Positions 30,005 to 39,729 of a stretch of DNA of 64,000 bases are shown piece after piece. Origin of the DNA: an uncultured Clostridia bacterium. Its GTDB lineage: Bacteria > Bacillota > Clostridia > TANB77 > CAG-508. The stretch lies in the NCBI GenBank assembly GCA_944393465.1, contig CALYAG010000009.1, forward strand, positions 3,240 to 67,239. The letters run 5' to 3'. Below the pieces are notes generated by a model. It was given only the letters and a program-made list of their open reading frames with translations. It had not been told where the DNA came from and did no database searches. Position numbers and translations under genes: made by a program. Positions within the stretch are counted from its first letter, which is position 1. Every line of letters begins with the position of its first letter.

Positions 30005-30982
30005 TTATTTTTCAACTTTTTCCTCAACACCTGTAGCTACAACTGTCACAACTACATTGTCACCAAGGTCTTCATCTATAACTGTTCCAAAAATAACATT
30101 TGCATCCGGACTTACCTTTTCACCAATTAAACTTGCACTTTTGTTAATATCCTCTAGGCTAATATCTTCGCCACCTTTAATATTAAATATAACTCCTTTT
30201 GCGCCATCTATTCCTGTTTCTGTAAGTGGGTTATTTAAAGCATTCATTGTAGCTTCAACTATTTTGTTTTCTCCACTAGATTTTCCTATACCCATATATG
30301 AAAATCCTTGATAATCTAATATTGTTTTAACATCTGCAAAGTCTACATTTATTGTACCAACTGAATTTATAATGTCTGTGATTGATTGAATTCCTTGTCT
30401 TAATATATCATCGGTCATTTTAAATGCATTTAGTATAGATACATTGCTTTCCGTATTTTGTAATAGCTTATCGTTTGATATTACTATAAGTGCATTCACA
30501 TTTGGTTTTAGCTTGTCTATACCAACGTTTGCTCTAACACTTCTTAGCTTGCCTTCAAATGAAAATGGTTTGGTTACTATGCCTATTGTTAGAATTCCTT
30601 TCTTTTTGGCTTCTTCGGCAATTACTGGTATTGCACCTGTTCCAGTACCTCCACCCATTCCTGCTGTAACAAATAAAAGGTCTGTGCCATCTAATATTTT
30701 ATCTATGTCTTCTATGCTTTCTTTAGCTGCTTTTTCTCCAACTTCTGGGTTAGCGCCTGCACCCAAACCTTGAGCAATTTCTTTTCCTATTTGTAATGTT
30801 TTGCATCCATTTGTATTTGCTCTTTCAAGTATGCCCTTTTCTGTATTTACTAATATATATTCTACTCCATCTACATCCGATACTATCATTTGGTTTACAG
30901 CGTTGTTTCCGCCTCCACCAACACCTATTACTTTTATTTTTATTAAGTCTTTTGTTCTCTTTACTGGTTCGTAGTCTATCAC
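30005..30982 (-). CDS. ftsZ: FtsZ, short form lacking the C-terminal tail
   Basis: GVGGGGNNAV, GAGANP, GMGGGTGTG, INVDFADV, VTVVATG. Confidence 0.93.
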   Translation of the reverse strand: MIDYEPVKRTKDLIKIKVIGVGGGGNNAVNQMIVSDVDGVEYILVNTEKGILERANTNGCKTLQIGKEIAQGLGAGANPEVGEKAAKESIEDIDKILDGTDLLFVTAGMGGGTGTGAIPVIAEEAKKKGILTIGIVTKPFSFEGKLRSVRANVGIDKLKPNVNALIVISNDKLLQNTESNVSILNAFKMTDDILRQGIQSITDIINSVGTINVDFADVKTILDYQGFSYMGIGKSSGENKIVEATMNALNNPLTETGIDGAKGVIFNIKGGEDISLEDINKSASLIGEKVSPDANVIFGTVIDEDLGDNVVVTVVATGVEEKVEK

Positions 30983-31138
30983 TATTAATTCCTCCTTGCA
31001 CTATTGGTAATTTGCTCGCATTGATTTTGTTAAATAAAAAAATGATTTTTTTATTTAACAAAAAACGTACCTATATTATACTATATTTCTGCCATTTTTC
31101 AAGTGCTAATAGTGATAAAAAAATTTTTTTACGCTTAT

Positions 31139-31957
31139 TTAAGCTGACTTAAGTTCAAGGCGTAGCTTATCTGCAATCATTGCTATAAATTCGCTATTTG
31201 TAGGCTTACCTTTGTCAGCTGAAACTGTGTAGCCAAATATACTTTCTGTAACTTTTGGGTCGCCTCTTCCCCAAGCTACTTCAATGGCATGACGAATAGC
31301 CCTTTCAACTCTTGAAGGTGTTGTACCATATTTATTTGCAATATCTGGATAAAGTAATTTGGTAACTTGATTTATCATTTCTACATTTTTAACAGACATA
31401 ATTATAGCTTCTCGTAAAAATTGGTACCCTTTAATGTGCGCAGGGACTCCAACTTCATGAATAATATTTGTAACTGCTGCTTCTAAGTCGTTCTTATTGT
31501 TTTCTTCATATTTTTTGATTGTAATATATGGTGATTTAATTTCGTGATTGATTATAACATCCTTTAAATTTTCTGGATCATCGTTTTTGATTTCTTTTAT
31601 TCTTTGGGTAAGTAGCTCAATATCAAAAGGTTTAACTATGTAGTAATCTGCCCCTAATGCTATCGCTTTTTGAGTTATTTTGTCTTGACCAACTGCTGAA
31701 ACCATTATTTTTATTGGATTCTTTTCTATTTTTGTTTTGTTAAGTTTTTCTAGCACTCCTATACCATCTAAATGTGGCATTATTACATCAAGTAATAGTA
31801 CATCAGGTTTTAGCCTGAGTACATTGGAATAAGCCTCTTCTCCATCTCTGGCTATTCCCACAATTTCCATTTCATTATCATTTACTAAGTAATTTTTAAG
31901 TGTCATTCCAAAGTCGTAGTTATCATCTGCTATTAGCACCTTAATTTTGTCACTCAC
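31139..31957 (-). CDS. spo0A: Sporulation master regulator Spo0A
   Basis: Receiver domain plus [33 protein letters not shown]. Confidence 0.98.
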   Translation of the reverse strand: MSDKIKVLIADDNYDFGMTLKNYLVNDNEMEIVGIARDGEEAYSNVLRLKPDVLLLDVIMPHLDGIGVLEKLNKTKIEKNPIKIMVSAVGQDKITQKAIALGADYYIVKPFDIELLTQRIKEIKNDDPENLKDVIINHEIKSPYITIKKYEENNKNDLEAAVTNIIHEVGVPAHIKGYQFLREAIIMSVKNVEMINQVTKLLYPDIANKYGTTPSRVERAIRHAIEVAWGRGDPKVTESIFGYTVSADKGKPTNSEFIAMIADKLRLELKSA

Positions 31958-32063
31958 TACCTTTTACCTCCTAATTCATTCTTTTGTAAAATTTTACCAC
32001 CTCATTATATATGATTCAACAAAAAAGTGCAATAGTTTTTTACCAATTTTTTGAATTTTTTAT

Positions 32064-32663
32064 CTAATTTTGCGTTATTATTTTATGACAAATTTCGTTT
32101 ATGCTAATTAGGCTAATATTGGCTCTTTCTAACTCTTTTTTGGCATCTAGCGTAGATTCTAAAATCAACTTTATATTTTCTTTATATTCCATTTTTACAA
32201 TATTTATTTTTAAATTTTTGCATATAAATTGAATGTTTTTTAAATCACTGTATGCAATTTCAACCTCATATCTTATTCCATAATCTTTTTGGACTATTTG
32301 TGCATTTTCAATTGCTTTTTGTGCAGATTCTGTATACGCTCTAACTAAACCTCCTGTGCCTAGCAATATTCCTCCAAAATATCTAGTTACAATTATTATT
32401 ACATTTGTAAGGTTTGCCGATTTTAATAGTGCAAGCATAGGCGCTCCTGCAGTACCTGATGGCTCTCCATCATCACTGCATTTTTCAATTTTTTGAACAA
32501 TATATGCATAACAATTGTGTTTGGCATCATGATACTTTTTTCTTGTTTCTTGCAAAATTTTTTCCGCTTCATCTTTGCTATTTGCTTCACATAAAGTAGC
32601 AATAAATTTAGACTTTTTTTCTATAATTTCTGCTACCGATTCACTATTTATTGATTTAAACAT
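32064..32663 (-). CDS. YigZ/IMPACT family protein
   Basis: KKSKF, HNCYAY, SDDGEPSGTAG, VTRYFGGILLGTGGLVRAY. Confidence 0.93.
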   Translation of the reverse strand: MFKSINSESVAEIIEKKSKFIATLCEANSKDEAEKILQETRKKYHDAKHNCYAYIVQKIEKCSDDGEPSGTAGAPMLALLKSANLTNVIIIVTRYFGGILLGTGGLVRAYTESAQKAIENAQIVQKDYGIRYEVEIAYSDLKNIQFICKNLKINIVKMEYKENIKLILESTLDAKKELERANISLISINEICHKIITQN

Positions 32664-32780
32664 TTTTCCTCTATTCTTTCTAATACAGGTTCAAAGTTTC
32701 AAAATATAATTTTGTTAAATAGAAAAATCTGCTTTCCCTAATAAAAAGAACCTGTGCTTTTAACTTAAATTTTATTATTG

Positions 32781-34169
32781 TTATTGATTAAGCCCTGCCG
32801 TGTATCCAGTAGAATAAGCAATTTGTAAATTAAAACCTCCCGTGTATGCATCTACATCAATTATTTCTCCTGCAAAATACAAGCCTTTTACTAATTTTGA
32901 CTCCATAGTTTTTGGATTTATTTCCTTTATATTTACTCCACCAGCAGTAACAATGGCTTCTTCTACTGGTCTAAAGCCTTCTATAGCTATGTTAAAGTTT
33001 TTTAATAATTTAACAAGCTCATGCCTTTCTTCTTTTGTTATGGAGTTTACTTTTTTATTTGAAAATTTATTTGTTTTTAAATTGTTTTCATCTATTTTCA
33101 CATTATTAAAAACTGCACTAGCTTTTTTGCAAATTATATTATCCATTACATTTACAACCACTGGTATTAGCTTTTGTGGTAATAATTTATTCAAACTATT
33201 TTTAAATTCTTTATTTTTTTCCTCCGAAAAATCTCTTATTATTCTATCATCTAATTTAGCTTCATCTAGTGCTGGCTTTAAGTCTATACTTATATACACA
33301 TTATTCATACTGCCTCTTACTAAATGAGCCGAACCACTTAAAATGATAGGTCCAGATACTCCAAAATGTGTAAATAACATCTCTCCAAAATCTTCATATA
33401 TTATTTTATTGTCTCTATATATTTTTAAGCCTACATTTTTTAAGCTCAAGCCTTGTAACTTTTGACAAGTTTCAAGTCCTAATAAATAAGTATTTTGACT
33501 CTGTGTTTTATATTCTTGAGAATCAATTGTTGTTTCTTTAGAATTTTTATATTCATCCATCTGTTTTGCTTTTAACGCAACCAATGATGGACGTATCTCT
33601 GTAATAGTGTGACCAAGTTTTTTAGCCATTTCATAACCATCACCTGTTGAACCTGTAAGTGGATAACTTTTCCCTCCAGTTGCTAAAATTACTTTATCTG
33701 CTTGTAATAAATTTTTTTCATTATTTAATGTGTACCTAACGCCAGTTACTTTACCATCAAGAGTTACTATATCTTCAACTTTCGCATTGGTAATTATTTT
33801 TACATTTTGCTTTTTTAAAACTCGAATTAGAGCATCTCGTACATCAGATGCTCTATCTGTTACTGGAAATACTCTATTTCCTCTTTCAACTTTTGTTTTT
33901 AATCCTTCTTTTTCTAAAAGATTTATAATATCTTGATTTGTATAATTTTGAAAAGCACTATATAAAAATTTGCCGTTGCCTGGTATATTTTTTATAAAGT
34001 CATCCATAGGCAAACTACTTGTTATATTGCATCTACCTTTTCCTGTTATGCAAAGCTTTTTGCCTAATTGATTCATTTTTTCAATAATGGTAACGTTGTC
34101 GCCCTGCAAGCTTGCACTAATAGCTGCAAGCATTCCAGCTGGTCCACCACCAATTACAATTACATCCAT
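32781..34169 (-). CDS. HI0933/BaiN family flavoprotein
   Basis: GGGPAG, TGKGRCN, ATGG.SYP.TGSTGDG, FTHFGVSGP, TGGFNLQ. Confidence 0.92.
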   Translation of the reverse strand: MDVIVIGGGPAGMLAAISASLQGDNVTIIEKMNQLGKKLCITGKGRCNITSSLPMDDFIKNIPGNGKFLYSAFQNYTNQDIINLLEKEGLKTKVERGNRVFPVTDRASDVRDALIRVLKKQNVKIITNAKVEDIVTLDGKVTGVRYTLNNEKNLLQADKVILATGGKSYPLTGSTGDGYEMAKKLGHTITEIRPSLVALKAKQMDEYKNSKETTIDSQEYKTQSQNTYLLGLETCQKLQGLSLKNVGLKIYRDNKIIYEDFGEMLFTHFGVSGPIILSGSAHLVRGSMNNVYISIDLKPALDEAKLDDRIIRDFSEEKNKEFKNSLNKLLPQKLIPVVVNVMDNIICKKASAVFNNVKIDENNLKTNKFSNKKVNSITKEERHELVKLLKNFNIAIEGFRPVEEAIVTAGGVNIKEINPKTMESKLVKGLYFAGEIIDVDAYTGGFNLQIAYSTGYTAGLNQ

Positions 34170-34184
34170 AATGTGTCCTTTCTT

Positions 34185-34277
34185 TTTTCAGTTGGGGACG
34201 GTCCTAAATCGAAAATTTCTGATTGGGGACGGTCCTAAAATGAAAATTTTCGATTTAGGACCGTCCCCAACTGAAAA
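34185..34277. repeat. Three abutting 31-bp REP-like copies (forward, forward, reverse)
   Basis: Copies at ~34185, 34216 and 34247 with no spacer. Confidence 0.93.
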
Positions 34278-34281
34278 AAAT

Positions 34282-35526
34282 TTATTTAATATTTTCAACT
34301 GCTTTCATTAAACCAAGCTTGCCATATTCGTAGGTTAGGCCACCTTGCTGAAATGCTAAATATGGTGGTCTTAATGGTGCATCACAGCTTAGTTCTATTG
34401 ATGAACCTTGTGTAAATGCTCCTGCTGCCATTATGACTTGGTCCTCATATCCAGGCATATCCCCTGGTACTGGAATTGAGTTTGAATCTACTGGAGACCC
34501 CATTTGTATTCCTTGACAATATTTTATTAATTTTTCTCTATCGTTAAATTCTATAGTTTGAACTATGTCTGTTCTAGGTTCATTAAATCTTGGTTGTACT
34601 TTGTAGCCTAAGCTTTCCATTACTTTACTTGTAAGGACTGCTGTTTTTAAGCTACTTGCTACTACGCTTGGTGCAAAGAACAAACCTTGTAAAATCTTTT
34701 TATTCATTCCTAGTGTTGGTCCAACATCTTTGCCTTCTCCCGGAAGAGTTAGTCTTTCACCAACTAAATGTATCAAGTCTTTTCTTCCAACCACATATGC
34801 ACCATTAGGAGCTATTCCTCCACCTAGGTTTTTTATTAATGAACCTACACATACATCTGCGCCAAAGTTTGATGGCTCTTCTTTATTAGTAAATTCTCCA
34901 TAGCAGTTGTCCACCATTATAATAACATTTGAGTCTACTTCTTTTATTAACTTTATTACTTTTTGTATTTTGTCTAAAGTTATGCTATTTCTTAGGGCAT
35001 AACCTCTTGAACGTTGAATTTCTACTAATTTAATATTTTTTTGACTTAGTCTAGTTTTTATTTGTTCATAATCAAAATCATTATTTATTAAATCTATTTG
35101 TTCATATTTTACGCCAAATGATTTAAGTGAACTTGCATTTTCTCTAATTCCTATTACTTCATCGAGTGTATCATAAGGCTTGCCACATATGCTAAGCATA
35201 GTGTCCCCTGGTCTTAAAAGTCCAAATAGTGTTACATTTAAAGCGTGTGAAGCAGATATAAATTGGCCTCTAACTAAGCTGTCTTCTACTCCAAATATTT
35301 GGCTATATATGTTTTCAATAGTTTCTCTTCCAATATCATCATATCCATATCCAGTTGTTTCATTAAAATGAACCTCAGATAGGTTGTTGTCATGAAATGC
35401 TTTTAAAACCTTTAATGAATTGTACTCGCAGATTTCATTAATTTTGGCAAATTCTTCTTTTACTTCTTTTTCACATTTATTTACTAAATTAAATGTTTCT
35501 TCACTAATTCCATATTCTTTGTACAT
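34282..35526 (-). CDS. Methionine gamma-lyase-like (YnbB / aluminium resistance) PLP protein
   Basis: TGYGYDDIGR, GKPYDTL, QRSRGY, VDNCYGEF, GSLIKNLGGG. Confidence 0.92.
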   Translation of the reverse strand: MYKEYGISEETFNLVNKCEKEVKEEFAKINEICEYNSLKVLKAFHDNNLSEVHFNETTGYGYDDIGRETIENIYSQIFGVEDSLVRGQFISASHALNVTLFGLLRPGDTMLSICGKPYDTLDEVIGIRENASSLKSFGVKYEQIDLINNDFDYEQIKTRLSQKNIKLVEIQRSRGYALRNSITLDKIQKVIKLIKEVDSNVIIMVDNCYGEFTNKEEPSNFGADVCVGSLIKNLGGGIAPNGAYVVGRKDLIHLVGERLTLPGEGKDVGPTLGMNKKILQGLFFAPSVVASSLKTAVLTSKVMESLGYKVQPRFNEPRTDIVQTIEFNDREKLIKYCQGIQMGSPVDSNSIPVPGDMPGYEDQVIMAAGAFTQGSSIELSCDAPLRPPYLAFQQGGLTYEYGKLGLMKAVENIK

Positions 35527-35549
35527 AATTTACCTCTTTTATTTCTATT

Positions 35550-37271
35550 TTAATCTTGCACTGTACCGCTATAAACTGTTCCATTTGTAGAATTATTTAC
35601 TTTGTAGTATTCTCCTAAAAATGTTGCATCTAGCCAAGACAAAGTATATTGTTTATCACTTACAAGTTGTCCATTTATATCTACAACTTGCCATACTCCA
35701 TCCTTTTTAACACCTGCTACATTGCCATTTTGCTCTGTTACCATGTCATATTCATATGGTACTACTACTGTTCCATTGCTATTTACCAATCCCCATTTAC
35801 CATTGCTTTGACTAGCATATACAGTGTTATTTGGGAATAATGATTTATAAGTTATTTCATTTCCAGAAAAATCATAATATTTCATTTCTGTTTCAGAAAA
35901 TACTTTTATATAATTATCTTTTTTAAGAACATTTGCATTTGCTATGCCATCATGAACATTCATATTGCTATCAATAATAAATGTTGTATTATCATCTGTT
36001 TTAATAGCTTGAAGTGCATTTGTATCGTCAATGGCTTGAATAGCGTCATAATCTAAGTTAATAATTACATTACCGTTTCCATCAATTACACCTGTTTTGC
36101 TATCTTTTGTTACAATAAAATAATTATTGTTAAAATATTCTATATAAGTATAGTTTTCATGTAATTTTTTGTTTCCTGATGAGTCTACGATATTATAGTT
36201 GTTGTTTTTATCTATTACTATTGCTAAATCACTTACAGGGTTATAACTAATAATGTCTGTATTTAAGTTGTTTCCTTGTGCGTCAAATACAACTGTTTCT
36301 TCGCCTTTTTGAGCGTCTATATATTTTCCGCCTATTATAATGCTATCATAGTCAATTGGAACTATATTATTTCCTTCTAAGTCCACTACACCTTGTGCTT
36401 GATCCTTTTGGACTATTAGTAAATTATTATTTGAATCATAACTTATAGAAGTATATTCATTAGCTAAAATTTCTTTATTATTTTTATATAAGCCATATCT
36501 ACCATTTGATGAAGTGACTAAATATACATCTTCACCTGATACATCATTTAAACGAGTTATTTCATTATATAATGTGTCCAATATTATTTTGCCTGTTTTA
36601 TCTGCATAGCCAAATCTATATCCATCATCTGTTACAATTCTTAATACAAAGCCTGCATTTTCGTATTTTGTTTCTTCTTTATAATATCCGTCTGCCATTA
36701 TAGCATCATACTCAGGCTTTAAAATTGTAGTTCCTTTTATATTTATAACTCCAAATTTACCATTTTGCTCTACTCTAAGGTTACCTTCTTTGTAGTCAAT
36801 ATTTGTAATTGAGTTATAAATATTTTCTGTTATTTTGTTTCCATCAAAATCCATTATTCCATAAAGACCACCTAGCTTATATTTAAGCACAGTTTTTTCA
36901 TAAGGAATATTGCTAGTTATACTGTTAATGGAAATTGCCTCAACACTGTCATAGTCAGTAAATAGTGGACTTCCATTTGCGTCTACTGCAGAATAATTTT
37001 GTCCATCATCTGACTTAATAAAAACAGCTTTTGTTGGGTTAGGTATATCTATTGATGCGTAAGTTGGCTGCAAGACTACATTTCCATCTTTATCTATTAC
37101 ACCATATTTGCCATCCTGTTCTAGTTTATAATATTGAATTTCACTGTCTTGTATTGTTGAAAGTTCATACTTGTATTTTAAATTATTTAGATAAATTGAA
37201 ACTCCTACAATTGCTCCTATTATTAAAACTAAAATTATTACAAAAATAATTATATTTCTTTTTTTATTCAT
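35550..37271 (-). CDS. Membrane-anchored WG-repeat protein
   Basis: TM helix followed by many KYGVID..G.......Y repeats. Confidence 0.85.
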   Translation of the reverse strand: MNKKRNIIIFVIILVLIIGAIVGVSIYLNNLKYKYELSTIQDSEIQYYKLEQDGKYGVIDKDGNVVLQPTYASIDIPNPTKAVFIKSDDGQNYSAVDANGSPLFTDYDSVEAISINSITSNIPYEKTVLKYKLGGLYGIMDFDGNKITENIYNSITNIDYKEGNLRVEQNGKFGVINIKGTTILKPEYDAIMADGYYKEETKYENAGFVLRIVTDDGYRFGYADKTGKIILDTLYNEITRLNDVSGEDVYLVTSSNGRYGLYKNNKEILANEYTSISYDSNNNLLIVQKDQAQGVVDLEGNNIVPIDYDSIIIGGKYIDAQKGEETVVFDAQGNNLNTDIISYNPVSDLAIVIDKNNNYNIVDSSGNKKLHENYTYIEYFNNNYFIVTKDSKTGVIDGNGNVIINLDYDAIQAIDDTNALQAIKTDDNTTFIIDSNMNVHDGIANANVLKKDNYIKVFSETEMKYYDFSGNEITYKSLFPNNTVYASQSNGKWGLVNSNGTVVVPYEYDMVTEQNGNVAGVKKDGVWQVVDINGQLVSDKQYTLSWLDATFLGEYYKVNNSTNGTVYSGTVQD

Positions 37272-37513
37272 GAAAAATTTCATTCCTTTCTCGCTTTGCT
37301 CTAAAGGCACACATAGTTATGAAAGTAATTTCTTTCAAACTAATAAAACCTCTTTCTAATTGATTAGCAACTATTTATTATTAATATTTCCTAATATTTG
37401 CATATTATTATTATATATTTTAAAGTGCTATTAGTCAATTAATTTTAAGAGTTTTAATACAAAATTTTCCTTCATTTTATAGCCAATTTAGTGAGCATTA
37501 ACTTTTATTTTAA

Positions 37514-38236
37514 CTAATTTTTTTCCGCAACAACACACCTAAGGTTATTAGGCATGTCTTTAACATATGTAATTAAAATTAATATATCATTTTTACTTTG
37601 GTCGTTTTCTGTTTCAGTGTTTTTACTATCTATATCATTGCCTTTTATGTTATTTAATATTTGAGTAAATTCATCTGCTTCGTTTAAGTTTTCATAGCAT
37701 TTAATAATCTTATTTGAAGTAACCTTGTATGTGCTTTGATTTTCATTTACAGTGTAATTTATTTCATCACCAATTTGTAGTTCTTTTAAATTTGCGAAGT
37801 AATTATTACTTTCTCCAACATTGTATGCCTTTAAGCCAATTATTCCTCTTAAAATATTTGAATTAGTATAATGACCAACACTATGGCTTATTACATCACT
37901 ACTTGTTCCTTCTGCAATATTTGCAGTAAGGTTTAATTTTTCTATTTCAATTTGCCAATTTGTTACTTGCGTTAAAGGCAAATCATCTACTTCATTAGAA
38001 TTTGTCGAGTTAATGTTCTGTTCATTCTCACTTGATATATTCTCACTTGATATGACACTCTCATTAAGATTGCTTGTTTCATTACTTTGTTCTGTGCTTA
38101 GCATTATATATGAATACTCTTGATTTGATTTAAGATTTTTCATTTGTTTTAGGCAAAATACAATGATTAAAAAAATAAATAAAGATACCAAAAATGATAT
38201 AATGTTTAAATTTCTTTTATTATAATTTATTTTCAT
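37514..38236 (-). CDS. Sortase-fold protein with degenerate catalytic residues
   Basis: IEIEKLNL...I.EG...VGHY, YFANLKELQIGDEI, LILITY (for LTLITC), NLR. Confidence 0.75.
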   Translation of the reverse strand: MKINYNKRNLNIISFLVSLFIFLIIVFCLKQMKNLKSNQEYSYIMLSTEQSNETSNLNESVISSENISSENEQNINSTNSNEVDDLPLTQVTNWQIEIEKLNLTANIAEGTSSDVISHSVGHYTNSNILRGIIGLKAYNVGESNNYFANLKELQIGDEINYTVNENQSTYKVTSNKIIKCYENLNEADEFTQILNNIKGNDIDSKNTETENDQSKNDILILITYVKDMPNNLRCVVAEKN

Positions 38237-38402
38237 AAAAACATTATATCACTTTTTGGTAATTATTGTAAATAGGCTTGGAATTTTTTATTTTGAAATT
38301 TATTACAAAAAACAGATAAATCTCAACCTAAAACAATTTATTTAGATAAGAATTTATACTTTTAATCTTTTTATATTTTATTAAATACTCTATATTGATA
38401 AT

Positions 38403-39257
38403 CTACTTTTCAATTAATTCTTTTAGTTCTTCCTCTGTTATATTTAAAATTTGACATATTTGTTCATCTGACATTTTTAGTTCTTTCATTCGTTTAGCTA
38501 TTTCTTTTATTTCTTGTTCTTTTGCATATGCTACTCCTGTGTCATAGTTAAACTTTGCCATTGCTCTTGCTTCGATTATTTCTCTTTCTTTTGGGTCTGC
38601 CATTATTTCATCTACCAACTTCATCGCTTTTTTTACTTCTGGATTATCTAACTTTGACATTTCTACTTTATCCTCCCTTCCTACTATAAGCCATAGCCAC
38701 TCATCTAGCTTGGTCTTTATTTCAGGATTCTTTTTTATAAACTTTGGTAATTCTATAAAATGCATTTCTAATACATTTGTAGCTAACAGGTCTTCTTTCT
38801 TATAACCTAAGTCAACATATGCTTCTTTACTTGTTTCTTCAAATTTCATATGAGCTATTGAATGATAGCTATTTCTTTTATATCTATTAAAATTTAAAAT
38901 ATTTATAACTATTGATGGTTTTAAGCCTTTGTAGTCTTCACTTGTTTTTATTTGAGTAGCAATATTTTTGCTCATATACACTGTACTTCTCTTTGAGATA
39001 TTTCCTTGGTTTTCTACTTGCATCTCTATGTCTGCTATTCTTTTATTATCTAATTCTGCTCTTATGTCTAGCACGCTACCCTTTTCATTTAATATATCTT
39101 TTGGAATTTCTGCATTTAGTACTTGAACATTTTTTAATTTAATTTTTAATATTGCTTCTAAAAAATCTTTTAATATTCCATTTGGATCATCCCTTGTAAA
39201 TGTACGTTTAAACACGTAGTCATTTAATAGTGGGGCTTCTTCATTATTATTTGACAT
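38403..39257 (-). CDS. Rpn family PD-(D/E)XK nuclease
   Basis: NDYVFKRTF, LDIRA...DIEMQ, INILNF, HFIELPK, WL, helical tail. Confidence 0.9.
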   Translation of the reverse strand: MSNNNEEAPLLNDYVFKRTFTRDDPNGILKDFLEAILKIKLKNVQVLNAEIPKDILNEKGSVLDIRAELDNKRIADIEMQVENQGNISKRSTVYMSKNIATQIKTSEDYKGLKPSIVINILNFNRYKRNSYHSIAHMKFEETSKEAYVDLGYKKEDLLATNVLEMHFIELPKFIKKNPEIKTKLDEWLWLIVGREDKVEMSKLDNPEVKKAMKLVDEIMADPKEREIIEARAMAKFNYDTGVAYAKEQEIKEIAKRMKELKMSDEQICQILNITEEELKELIEK

Positions 39258-39469
39258 TTATTATTCCTTTCTATTGTATCAAAATGTTGATGTTTTTTCA
39301 ATACTTTTTTATATTATTGCAACATATTTTAATACAAATTTTTTTGAAATTTTAAATAAATTAATCTTTTTCTTTAGTGACTAATTTACCTCCTTTCTTT
39401 ATAATGTTGCCCCCTATTTCCCATTAATTCCTTAAATAGACTAATAGGCTAATTTTTTATATGATTTTT

Positions 39470-39543
39470 ATTTTACATTATTTTCCATTATATGTCAATA
39501 TTTTTCTAATATTTGACAAAAAACTTTTCGACAAAATTCGACA
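39470..39543 (-). promoter_or_regulatory. Sigma-A promoter with two perfect Spo0A boxes upstream
   Basis: TTGACA(39498-39493)-17-TAAAAT; TGTCGAA at 39533-39527 and 39543-39537. Confidence 0.6.
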
Positions 39544-39655
39544 AATGGTCAGAAGTAAAACTACCAAGGCTACTTAAAGTCTTGGTAGTTCTTATTTATT
39601 TTTTTGACAATTGTTGCTTAGGTTTTGATGTTTCGCTTATTTTTCACTTGTGTGG

Positions 39656-39726
39656 TTGTCATTTAGAACCGTCCCTTTTAACAATTTTGAAAATTTTTTC
39701 GATTTAGGACCGTCCCCAACTGAAAA
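39656..39726. repeat. Two REP-like copies, one of each arm type
   Basis: TTGTCATTTAGAACCGTCCCTTTTAACAA and TTTTCGATTTAGGACCGTCCCCAACTGAAAA. Confidence 0.85.
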
Positions 39727-39729
39727 AAT

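Noticed and set aside
32685-32757. ACAGGTTC...GAACCTGT pair as another REP copy
   Set aside because: Too degenerate to count in the family with confidence.
38403-39257. Rpn gene as an IS element
   Set aside because: No terminal inverted repeats or target duplication; the family's transposase label is historical.
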